Made by a program: the position numbers and the translations under genes
Source: Amoebophrya sp. A120
Lineage: Eukaryota; Protista; Dinoflagellata
DNA: 64,000 nt
NCBI GenBank assembly: GCA_905178155.1
Contig: CAJINV010000002.1
Span: 1,091,809 to 1,155,808, forward strand
Direction: 5' to 3'
In this document: positions 39,201 to 49,674 of the stretch, in pieces
How positions within the stretch are numbered: the stretch's first letter is position 1
How the letters are laid out: every line of letters begins with the position of its first letter
Notes under the pieces: model-generated
Seen by the model: the letters and a program-made list of their open reading frames with translations, nothing else
Databases searched by the model: none
What the model was told of the DNA's origin: nothing

Positions 39201-39639
39201 ACCGCCACGGCCTATCCTGAGTAAAAACGTCCCCACCCCAGAGTCAAGATGGGGACTTTGCAACACAAACCCAGAAGTTTTGGGAGTCACGCATGACAAA
39301 TTGTAGTCCCTAGTGTAGTGCAGGGTAGCAGGGAGAGCCGCAATACAAATCCAGCTGCTCATCCTGTTTACAGCATTACAAATGCCAAAACACGATTGAA
39401 AATGCTCCTCATGGAGATGCGCATTACAAATGTTCCTGTCGTCGCACACTTGCATGACAACTCTGGGGTGTTTTATGTACTGGAAAAGACCAAAATTAAA
39501 GCACAGAGAAGTTTGGGGTGGGGACGTTTTTGCTGAGGATACGGCCGGCTCCAGAAGTGCCAAAGACATTGGTGCGCGCGTTGCTGTTGCCGTTATTCTG
39601 GTTCGCGGCCCGGGCTGTTGATGACGTGAAAGCGTTCAT
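33271..39639 (-). CDS. GTF2H2-GTF2H3: TFIIH p44 (Ssl1/GTF2H2) - p34 (Tfb4/GTF2H3) fusion protein, 11 exons
   Basis: After removing 10 elements: p44 vWA (LLRYVMVILDWS, NPISMLGV, GKFSLQACIELA, GRREVIL, LVRMGFP), C4 finger (YQCPDC..LPAKCFTCGIYLV) and C-terminal zinc domain (CPVCNSHFCNTC..LNLCPAGC). With no stop it continues into p34 vWA (SELIVLVLDLNPCFW, GRIIII, TQYAAFYDALF, LLQQGVEKANG) and the p34 finger (CACHRKLVNSGMVCSGCLSVYC..CGNCGTRF). Confidence 0.9.
33394..33541. mobile_element. Introner, family A
   Basis: DR ccaga/ccaga; restores p34 finger VCSG|CLSVYC. Confidence 0.95.
33785..34047. mobile_element. Introner, family B (reverse orientation)
   Basis: DR ctttg/ctttg; frame restored. Confidence 0.92.
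34085..34255. mobile_element. Introner, family G (~50-bp TIR CAGAAAAAAGCTGGCAGGGCATATTTGTAATGC)
   Basis: DR ttctc/ttctc; LLQQGVE|KANG. Confidence 0.92.
34528..34687. mobile_element. Introner, family L (3n length, stop-free)
   Basis: DR gccgc/gccgc; removal restores TQYA|AFYDALF. Confidence 0.85.
35600..35790. mobile_element. Introner, family A (diverged)
   Basis: DR aattc/cattc; joins ORFs 35783-36937 and 34219-35577. Confidence 0.85.
36913..37072. mobile_element. Introner, family A (reverse orientation)
   Basis: DR gcagt/gcagt; restores YQCPDC|LDFTISLPAKC. Confidence 0.95.
37221..37372. mobile_element. Introner, family A
   Basis: DR ttcct/ttccc; frame restored. Confidence 0.9.
37646..37799. 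mobile_element. Introner, family A (reverse orientation)
   Basis: DR tttct/tttct; QKEK|IELHVVSISPE. Confidence 0.93.
38887..39148. mobile_element. Introner, family B (reverse orientation)
   Basis: DR tgata/tgata; frame restored. Confidence 0.92.
39213..39541. mobile_element. Introner, family H (TIR AAAAACGTCCCCACCCCA)
   Basis: DR cggcc/cggcc; frame restored. Confidence 0.9.
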
Positions 39640-40666
39640 GGGGAGTAGGATCGGGCTCGGATTGCCTTTGCCTTTTTACCGTCGTAGCAGCAGCATGATC
39701 TTCACGGTTCGAAAAACAATGCGAATTACGGTGAATGTACAGGATTTGGCGTCAGAGTTGAAGTATATCACATATTATAAAGCCGTTTGCGACGACTTCA
39801 TCTAGATCTACCGTTGCTTGGACAATGCGCATACTGTACATCTTGCCAGTCATTTTATTTGATCTAGATAGGAGATGGACTACGACCAAACGAATTTCTA
39901 TATGAAAGTGAAGAAGAGCCTGCTGTTGATTATGACATTGCTCTTGGACGATCATGATGTTGTGACCAAAAAATACTTGGAGGAGAAGGTGCTCTTCATA
40001 CTGATACTCCGCATTGATATATGATATCCCAGGCTGTACTATGGCGGAAGAGGAAATCAAAATTTCGCTCCAGTTGCTGTGCAGGAGAGAAGTGGATCCG
40101 TTTCTCGAGCTGATATTCGACCGCATCAACATCAAGGTAGTACTAGAAGTAGTGCTCGAGGTCTTCGATACGTGAAAAACGATCCGTGGAACTTCTAAGT
40201 TAGCTACGTACTTGCTACACCTCCAGCAACACGACCGTACCCGTAGGTGCTGGTACAACTGAGGGCGCTAGATGCAATGAATCAGAACAGCCAGCACATC
40301 TTCTCAATCAGAAGTCGCGTCGAGATCATCAAGATCGTAGTCTTCTCAAAAGCGAAAGGAGCGAAAATGTTGAAGACACAAGTAAACACGATGAACACCT
40401 AGCAAAGAAAGGATGCGGTCCAAGGCCGTGGTTCTCGCCGTCGACAGACTTCTTAATACCAGCCACCGTGCCTTAAATGCTTTCAATATGATCTTCTTCT
40501 TCTGCACTATCAACATCCTCGAAGATGACGATCATCGAATATGCTCCCTTATCCAAAAACGGATGACATAGACACTGACACGCGACGCATTCTCGTTGCG
40601 TGATGAAAGAGCCGCAAGTAAGCAGCGACCTTGATCGAAGGGCTGATCACGACTCCACCCGTCTGG

Positions 40667-40706
40667 TGCGGTTGGCCCTGCGGTTGTCCCTGCGGTTGTC
40701 CCTGCG
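40667..40706. repeat. 12-bp tandem repeat (TGCGGTTGKCCC) x3.3
   Basis: Directly visible. Confidence 0.8.
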
Positions 40707-41406
40707 TGGTCGTCCCTCCGGCCGTACCAGCGGCGCAACTACTCCATGTTGGCCGTGGTCTGTGTCTTAGTCGTACTCTATCTTTGAACAAATGAGGTAA
40801 AAAATGAAAAACACAACACGTCGAAACGTCAAATCCTACAGGAATCTTTCTTCTTGTTTTATCAATTGTTCACCAGCGAGTAATAGACTAGAGGTTTACT
40901 ATCTTCATCAATTATCCAAGGGTGCTACTTTGGTAAATTCATAGCGCATTTGCGATTTGTATGTCAACACCTTGGTAGGTTTTGGTTTTTTCGATTCAGG
41001 GCACTATACTGAAGTTCATTCTGTATTCTCGAGTGAGGGTATACTGTACGTTTGCAGGAGGATTGGTTTCCCAGTCATCAACAAAATAATCGTAAATGTG
41101 GTAAAAAGCATGCTGTGCTTCTTGTCTAGTTCATTTTATGACACATCATAGGGATGTAATTTGGTACTAGCAGGATAGAAACCGTCTTGCTACAGGCTTC
41201 ATCTGCATCATTAATTTTGATTTTCAACAAACGGAAATAAGTAGATGTTAAAAGCTGTAGCACATTTGTTGTAGTATTAATAGAAAAAGAAATGTAGGTG
41301 TACTATTAGTCGAGTGAATAAAAATTTGTAAAAGCCGCGCGGCCTAGTTGTAGGTGGACTTCTACTAGCGTTTTCTCTGCACTACTTTTGACTGAAGCCG
41401 CCCTAC

Positions 41407-44400
41407 TTATTCAAACCCGAGCTCGGGCACCTTCATGTTGAAGCGGATGGCGACCTCGGGATTCACTTTTTTGTTCTTCGTCAACTCGGCGTCGGACCTC
41501 ACTGGGCGGATCGGAACCCCGGCTTGCTTCAGCTGCAGGCCGATATGGATTGCAAAACTATCGAAGCACACTTCTAGTAGTGAGTGCATTACAAAGTTTC
41601 CCAGCATGACAAATGGAATCTGTAGTGGTGAACTGCCCAAGAAACCAGATTTCTCATGCATGACTGCAATGATTCGGATTCCTACGAGTGCGACAGTTTT
41701 GTACCACAGGATAGTTGACCTGCTTCAGCAGCTCGCGGTTCATCTTTTTCTCGTTCGCGTTCATTTCCGCTTCCTTCAGCTGCAGCTTTTTCTCGACCAT
41801 CATCCTCCGCAACTCGTCTTCGTTTCGCTTCTCCACAGTTCGTCGCTTGCTAAATTTGTCTATGCAATACAAATTTCCCGTACGTGTACGAAATGCATCA
41901 CAAGTTTCGCCAATTTGAAGTGTGCCTCTTGTCATGCTCATGCCAAACTAGTATTGAAGCCGTATCTTGTCATGCAGAGACCGCATTTGCACGTCTACGG
42001 AAACTTTACTGTGGATATTGTCCTTCTCGTTTTGATTGTACAGTGCATCCTCGGACAGCGTGCGTTGGAGCTGCGTTTTTTGATGTGATTTGTCATGCAG
42101 AAACGTAACCACAGTAGCAATTCGTCTTCGTCATGCTGAAGCTGAATAGGAAATAAAGCGGCAGAAGAATCTTACTCCTACCTGCCTCCTGCCCTCTGCC
42201 ACTTCCTCGTCCTTGTTTCCCTTTGTGTTATGGCGTTTTCAAACGTTTTTGCATCGATCGCTGCTACATGATTTCTATTTTGATAATTTGTGCTGCAAGA
42301 TGAGAAATGAACGCAAATGAGGACGAAGCTTGCAGCGCAGCTTTCACCAGCATGACAAGTTTGACATGGATTTGAATGTTGTTGAGGGCGTTAGAAAATT
42401 GCTATGCGAGAAAATGGCTTGATCATTCAGAAAGACAAAGAATGTCGGGCCGGGTGGCGAAAGTGCCTTGCATGACAAACCCAGTAGAGGAAATGAACAT
42501 GTATATGTAACGGCGAACAATGTAACCACGTTTGAAGAGAGCACCATACCTCTCTGCCATCTGCTTGATGTGAAACTCCTTGGTCGCATACCGCATCGAT
42601 TTCAGCATCTGCGCCTTGTCGTTTTCCCTCTGGATCGCGGTTTCTGTGATGCGCTTCTCCTCGTTTCTGGCACGCTCCTCGGCTTCCTTGAGCTTCTGGT
42701 CCGCTACGGCAGTCTATGACATTGCACAACTCCCCATACCCCTCATTTGCGTTGCATGAACAGCAACACAGGCGCTGGCAAAGATGCAGCTTTTACATGA
42801 CAGAAGACTGTAGTGCTGTTTTGGATTCCCGAATCTGTCATGCAAACAGTGCTAACAGGCAAAGGGTGGATCATTTGGAATTTTGCATGACAAATGAGGG
42901 GGAGGGGGAGTTGTGCACCCTCATACAGTCACCGTGCTCGCCATCCGCTTCATGGCAGCGTCATTTCGCGCCACACGGGCGTCCTTTTCTGCTTATCAAA
43001 TGCGAAAATGTCTGGGTCTGGAAGAGGAGAAGTTTGTCATGCACACTTTCCATGATACATGATGTCTGTGATGTATGCCATAGCATCACAGATCTTTTGA
43101 GCGCCTATCGATGCGCATCCTGCATGACAAATGCCCTCTCCGCGTAGCCAAATTTGGCTCCTCTTGCTGCTCATGCAATACAGATTTTTGTAGCATCCAA
43201 ATGCAGCATCACATGTTTGGCTCTTCCAGACCCAGACATATTTGCATTTGATACTTCTTTATGCATGGTAAAATTCATTTGAGTCGACGATGCCTACCTT
43301 GCTACTATTTTTGAAACACGTTCCTACTTGCTATCACCCAGGAGGTGAACAACAAATGCTGAACGTCGGTAGCTGGCGTTTTTGCAACTTACTACAACGA
43401 CCCAGTTGCTGGAGTGAGTAGAGCCCAACATCCTCGTGCTGCTAGTAGGTATCAGCAGCAGACTCGACTCAAAAGTTCAACTTGTTTTATTTCCTACGCT
43501 TGCCGTTTTCGCTCCTCCTCGTCCATGCGATCGTTGTAGAGCTGCATCAGCGCGCGGTCTTGCTCTGAATTGGGACGTTTTTGTTCATCATCAGCATGAC
43601 AAATATCTTCAGCTGTGCTGTGTATGTGTTTTTGCTTTGCATGACATTGACAAAGAGCTGTCTGATAAGTAAGTACCTATCAATCTCTCCTTTGCTTCCT
43701 TTCTCTTGATCAAATCCAGCTCGTTTTCGGCCTGTATTCTGTGCAAAAGTTCTTGTATCGCACTCGTATAATTTATGCCAGTCCTCTTGCAGCATGATAA
43801 ACCTTAACCTCCTTTTTGACGTTTATCTGCGACGAGAAATTCCTTTTGGAAATGTTAAACATACTCATGCTACTCATACCGGTACGGGTACGATAGTACT
43901 TTTGCAATGCATATCCTGCACATTCGCCATGTGCTCCCGCTGGTTTCGTCTTCTTCTGGCGAATTTGTCGTCTTCTGCTTGGATCTCCCCCTGGATTCGT
44001 TCCTTCGTTAACGTTTCTGCGATGGAGTCGACTCTTTTCTGCTGCATTTTTGTTTTCTTCTCCAGCTTATGAACTGCAAAAGTATCGTACTAGTATGGAT
44101 TGCATTACAAATTTTGCTAGCATCATCATCATCATTGAGACGAACCCCCTGCGGTCGTCCTCACGGTGCCGTCTTGGCCCTAGGCTGTTTTGGACAGATG
44201 TTGGCTGTGCCCAGCAAGAGGACGGCTCTGCGTGGGCAAATGTTGGTAATGTCCAGCAAGAGCGCTGCCGTAGCATGAAAACTGAAATTTCTAATGCGGA
44301 TTTACCTTAGGAAAAAGATTTGTAATGCATAGCTGCAATGACTACGAGTACGATACTTTATTTGCAGTTCATACAGCTCTAATTGCTCGTCTCGCATTTG

Positions 44401-46760
44401 CTTCTCAATCTGGCACTTGTGGCGCATCTGGAGAGAATCATGTGTAGGAAATTTGTATTGCATGATATTGACGTTGTAGACAGCTGCAATGACTTTTGCA
44501 CAGCACACATTCGCGTGACCGTGACCAAAAATTATAGAACCAACAAGTAGTACATTATCCGCCTTATCTGCCTCTTCCTTTTCGTATCTTGCTACGTCCT
44601 CCAATATCCTAGGTGAACAAGTTTTTATTCTCTTCTTCACCCTCAACAACTACAGTGCGCAAAAACGCCTACGCGTCGCATGAAACATTTGATTAAAGGA
44701 TTTTGTGTCTACATCACATTAGTACAGCACAGTGAGGGTGAAGATAACGATGGTAAAAACCTCATCATTCACGGGATATCCAAGGCCCTCGCGTACCATC
44801 TCCGATCTTCGTCCCTCTCCGTTTGTCTTGCGGTTTGGAGTTCCACCACCTGCTTGTTGAGTGCTGACCGGACGGTTTGCCCGGACTGGTGTGTAATCCA
44901 TGAGCAAAACGATTTTGATGATAGTGGACCTACGTACTCGAAAACAAAAGTAGGTTTTTGGCACGACTACAACTTTCCATTTACTGTCGTACAAAAAAAA
45001 TTGCTCCAATTGAACAAATTGTGTCTCGATGTAGTCTCGTTGATGTTCGTAGAACTACCGCCCCAACATGCTTTGTTTCAATGTGGATCCATGATACAAC
45101 GCTGGTGACTCCTCGGCAGCTTCATCGGTCGTCACCATCAACATCGTTTTTCTACTGGATAGGCTTTCGGATTTTCTGCTCGATTACAGACCGGTGCTCC
45201 TTGAAGAGAGCGAAGTCGTCGAGTATGCGCCAGTCGGCGACGCTGTATTGTATTTTCAGTTCGCATTTATTTTGCATGACAGCCAGGGCTTATCTTCAAA
45301 GAAACTGCATGACAAAGTTCCTTATCGCAAAAAGTACAGTGAGCTCTCCTGTTTCTCTTCGCCGCCGACGCCTGAACCGGGGATATCCTGGGTTAAATCA
45401 TCTTAAGTCACCAGCATTCTTTCTACTGCTTTTCACAAACAACAGATAGATGCATCTGTCATGCATCAAGCGTGCACGACAAGCAATTTGACAGTTCCCT
45501 TTGTGGTCCTCAACAGCGTCGGTTTCCGTTTCTTTCCCTTTGGTAAAGAAGGTGTACAAATAGCATCGCTTGTTCGTTATTTTTCTGTGCATATAGTCAC
45601 GAGAAAGCTGACTCAAGATGACTTTATTGCAAACTTCCCGCGGGATAAGAGACGTGTGATGGCTGTTTTGATCCTACCTTGCTATTCGAGCTACTTCGGA
45701 CTCGATTATGGAATTGGAAAAAGCGAAAAAGCTGCTGTGCTTATCATCCGTTTCATGCATCACAGATTCTCGTTTTAATATTTGCAAAAATGCCGTGTGA
45801 TACTGACATCACAGGTTTCTAGAAAGATTCAGCATGATTCTGTTTCTGCCAGAGGACCCAGTAGAGTGATTTGCATTTACAATGTATGAACATGAAGCAA
45901 GAGCTCGTTCATCAGTTTTCCAGCACATAAATTGAGTACTTCTCGTTATCCTGGCCTACTCCGGACGCGGTGCCTGCGTTTTTTTTTTTTCTTTTTCTAA
46001 TTTCAATTTGTTCCCTTCTCACTTAGATTTATGCACGACAAAGACAATGAGAGACCAAAACAAACGCATGATATTCGGAAACGGGTGTGAGTCTGGTAGC
46101 TCGACAAAAATATTTCAACTTCATCTTATCATCTTCTCATGATACCTGACCCGCTGGTTTTGCTTCTTATCTTTTTGTCTAATTTCTTCAGGTTGTTCTC
46201 GGTGATCGAAGCTGAATTGAGAAAGGATTCCACCTCGCTTTTCACTACCTCGGTCAATTGCGTCTTTTCCGCTTCCGTCGCGTTTTTGTGATCGGTGTTG
46301 ATTACCCTGAGAAGATGAAGAAGTGTTTCTCTGTTTGTGATGCGAAAATGCATGACCAACTTCCAACGGGACGTGCCCGTGCTCGTGTTTGTGATGCAGC
46401 ATGACAGAACAAGGCAGCGATGCAAAAATCACGCATAACAAAGACGAAACAAGGACGAAAACAGCGTCTATGACGAAGTAGGTACCTTTGCTTGAATCTC
46501 TCGATCAGCACGTCCTTCATTTGTTCGCGCTTTTGAATTATGCATTGCAACAAGAGCATCGTACTAGTAGAATTTGTCATGCTTATTCAGCTTGGAAAAG
46601 GCAACTGTCATGCATGATTGCAAAACTAGTACCAGTACGATATGGTTTTTGCAGAATGCATATGAATCGCCAACAGCTTCTCTTTCCTCTGTACCGTCAT
46701 GCCGCCCCTTCCAAGCACCTCCAGCTGCTCTGCAGCCGCCTGCGCTTGCTCTGCCGTCAT
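41407..46760 (-). CDS. Coiled-coil protein, probably flagellar/ciliary
   Basis: Spliced RKEKLLAIQKREQMKDVLIERFKQRY, EVESFLNSASITENNLKKLDKKIR, DWRILDDF, then long E/K/R/Q heptad stretches. At least 7 elements plus GT-AG introns. Region 44550-46100 is not fully resolved. Confidence 0.65.
41544..41713. mobile_element. Introner, family A (diverged)
   Basis: DR gccga/gttga; frame restored. Confidence 0.78.
41861..42017. mobile_element. Introner (TIR AAATTTCCCGTA-like)
   Basis: DR ttgtc/ttgtc; frame restored. Confidence 0.82.
42715..42925. mobile_element. Introner, family I (TIR TGCACAACTCCCC..CCCCTCATTTG)
   Basis: DR cagtc/cagtc; frame restored. Confidence 0.9.
42994..43253. mobile_element. Introner, family B (reverse orientation)
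   Basis: DR ctgct/cttct; frame restored. Confidence 0.88.
43735..43913. mobile_element. Introner, family A (diverged)
   Basis: DR gcctg/tcctg; frame restored. Confidence 0.85.
44068..44373. mobile_element. Introner, family A with ~153-bp internal insertion
   Basis: DR cagct/cagct; frame restored. Confidence 0.9.
46539..46662. mobile_element. Introner, family A (short)
   Basis: DR tgaat/tgaat; KLLAI|QKREQ. Confidence 0.88.
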
Positions 46761-47000
46761 TATTGTTTGGAAGCAGGAGCAGCTGCTTTTTGTTGTATTC
46801 GCTGCAGAAACAAGTGCAGTTCTTGTATAGCTAGGGAACTAGTAGTAGTACGAAGCCGATCTTTATTCCGACCTCCTGCTGCTAGCGTCTTAGATTGCTT
46901 CGCCCCTGGTCTGTCATCGTTTCTTCTGAAAACACTCGCATCGGGTTCACCCAGGTACTACTTAGTAAGGTGGTCGTTAGATGGGACCAAGAAGCAGACA

Positions 47001-47363
47001 AGGTGTCCGCGACACCTAAAATTAGGTGTACGCGACACCTAATTTTAGGTGCACGCGACACCTAATTTCAGGTGCAGGCGACACCTAAAATTAGGCGTCG
47101 CGGACACCTAATCTGCGACACCTAATTTTAGGTGCACGCGACACCTAATTTCAGGTGTCGCGGACACCTAATCTGCGACACCTAAAATTAGGTGCACGCG
47201 ACACCTAATTTTAGGTGCACGCGACACCTAATTTCAGGTGCAGGCGACACCTAATTTTAGGCGTGGCGGACACCTAATCTGCGACACCTAATTTTAGGTG
47301 CACGCGAGCGACACCTAACGACACCTAAAATTAGGTGTCGCGTGCACCTAAAATTAGGCGACA
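47001..47363. repeat. Palindromic minisatellite, core CACCTAA(AA/TT)TTAGGTG
   Basis: About 15 units of ~22-24 bp with variant linkers and no unique spacers. Confidence 0.92.
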
Positions 47364-47784
47364 TAATGCAATATGCTTCTTGACTTGTGGTCCTTTTACC
47401 TCTAGCATACCCACATGTCTTTAGTAGAAGCAGAAGGTCACCCGTCCAAAACTGCACTGCAAGATGCATCTCTCCGGCACACCGCTCTCTTTCTAACAGA
47501 CACTCTCGCTGCTTTGTTTTTATTGATTCACTCAGGAAGAAATTGATTCACTCAAGAAGAAAATGCGGTGAGAAAGGAGCTGAAGAGCTCACTCAACTAC
47601 GATAGAGGAAATTCACTCAGGTCTAGTGAGGGTGACAAGGAGAAGACACTCAGCTTTGCTGTTCAACTAGAATTGCTTCAATGCTCATAGAGTCCTCGTA
47701 GGACACGACTTAGAACAGAGACTTTAGCACCACGTGCCTTCTGGCAAACCAACAAAACCGCAGAGCTACTTATTTCCTATCGCT

Positions 47785-49011
47785 GCCACCGTCACGACGT
47801 CGTAGTCGTGAGTTTGTGTAAATGAAAACTGGTTTTAAACGCTGTTTCTCATAGATCAGAACTCAGAAAATGAGCAGGATGATAAGGAAAAGCCAAGAAA
47901 TCGATCGAGCAAGAAAAGGAACGAAATACCAAGGAAAAGCAAGCAAATTCTTGCCACGATCGAAAGAAAAAGGAAAAGGAGAAGAGAAGAAGAGAGAAGA
48001 CAAGAAATTAGGTCTGATTTACGCTGAATCCGCATGAAAGGCTGCCTTTTTACTACTTTCAAGAAGCTGAGCCACGGCTGCGGGCTTGTTAGGAATACGA
48101 GTTTAGCATTAGAAACTGGAAAAACTAGACTCGGGATTATGAATTTGTAATGCGTATTTGTGGCCCTTGAAGTGGTTCTAGACGTTGTTCGAATTTGATT
48201 TCGGTATACTTTCTTGCGTTTGAAAATAAAGCTCTCCGACTCGAAACTAGATCCTTCAATTGGTGGAGAGCCTGGGCATAGTTCGACTCAGCTGCAAAGA
48301 TGCTTTCTACTGTTTTAGTTAGATTCCCCACTACAATGGCCTCGAAGAACCGAAGGAAGAAAGAAAAGGCGCTAAAGAAGGAGAAGAAGCACCACAAGAA
48401 CGCCGCAAAGAAACCGCAAGAACAGTATTACACGAAGGGGGAAAAGTGTGCTTCAGCAGGAGACCAAAACGCACCTGGCCCGCAGGTGAAGTCGAGAAAA
48501 ATGGAGAGTAGAGCTCTTAATGGAACAGGACCGCGCAAAGAATTTGGATTAGCATTAGACGATGCTCAAAAGGAATAGAACGGAGATCAACCAGACCAGT
48601 CCCAGAACCGGAGACCGCCTTCGTACGTTTTAGACCACGGGGAAGATTTGTTTTGAGACCACTGGATATATTTGTTTAACGAGACCTCAGTCGCGCTATA
48701 AAGTTCGCGGGAACTAGTTCGGAAAAACGTCGCGGCTGGGGTACGTTCCAGGATTTGTTTACGGATTCGGGTTTTTATTTTTACTACGGGATACGATTTC
48801 GGATTTCTATCTACGGACGCGGATCTACGGTTTAGCGATGGCAGCGAAGATTTTCGATTTGTTTCATGGCAGCAGGACCCGATGCAGTTTTACAGGCGCG
48901 CGACCATTCCGGCAAAAGTGAATTTACGGAGAACAGCTACAGCACATTTTGAAGAGCTGCTTGCTACAGAATTCCGGCCACCGTCATGACGTCGTAGTCG
49001 TGAGTTTGTGT
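47785..49011 (+). repeat. 35-bp direct repeat pair (47785-47819, 48977-49011) flanking a decayed plus-strand segment
   Basis: 34/35 identity; internal stem TCAYGAC..GTCGTGA. Confidence 0.75.
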
Positions 49012-49674
49012 GCATGATCGAAAGGCTTCTGATGCAGGACAGTGTCAAACCGAAGAAAACGTCGAAGGTGCATCATTTGCTCGTCCGTCACAAGGAACGA
49101 AGCCAGAAGTGATGCATCGATTCAATTTGTTCTTCGCTGGACAGTTGTACAAGTAAAAAGGTACCAAACGAAACTATTCTCTGTGGTGATGTACATTTCT
49201 CAGACCCGAATTCGCAGTGCTAGGTTCCACATGCTACCTCTTCCAGTGCCCTCGTGGACGAGCTGGAAGGGAGAAAGGAAAGAACAAGAACTGTGCCTAC
49301 GTAGTACTTTGTTCTCAGGAAGTTGGTCGCCCACAGCTGCAACGCCAGTCTGTATCTGAGACGAGGTCGTGGGCTACCCGTTCCAGATCCGGTGTCACGG
49401 TTGATAGGAGCATCTTCCGCAGGTTGTACTACCGTCGCCTAGTGCTGGACTACTTATAGTTTTAATTGTATTTCAAAAAAACTACAAATTATTCAAAAGT
49501 CATCCAAAGACGACATGAAACAACCTATTTCTACATTGGGTCAAAATCGGATACTCGTCATACTGTATTGATTTGGAAGATTTCTGCTCGTTTACGTTTT
49601 TCTATGGCCTGCGGCCGCAAACAGAAGTCTAAAAGCGCCAGGAGCGCCTTTACGTTGCCTTTTACTCTTTCGCT

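Noticed and set aside
39752-41151. ORFs 39752-40258, 40549-40791 and 40957-41151 as genes
   Set aside because: No recognisable motifs, no clear introner-linked exon chain and weak starts; treated as intergenic or unresolved.
44560-45161. Long introner ending ..ctggata at 45161
   Set aside because: One end is plausible, but I could not find a matching TIR or direct repeat at the other end.
47001-47363. CRISPR array
   Set aside because: The repeats are palindromic, but there are no unique spacers and no cas genes, and the context is eukaryotic.
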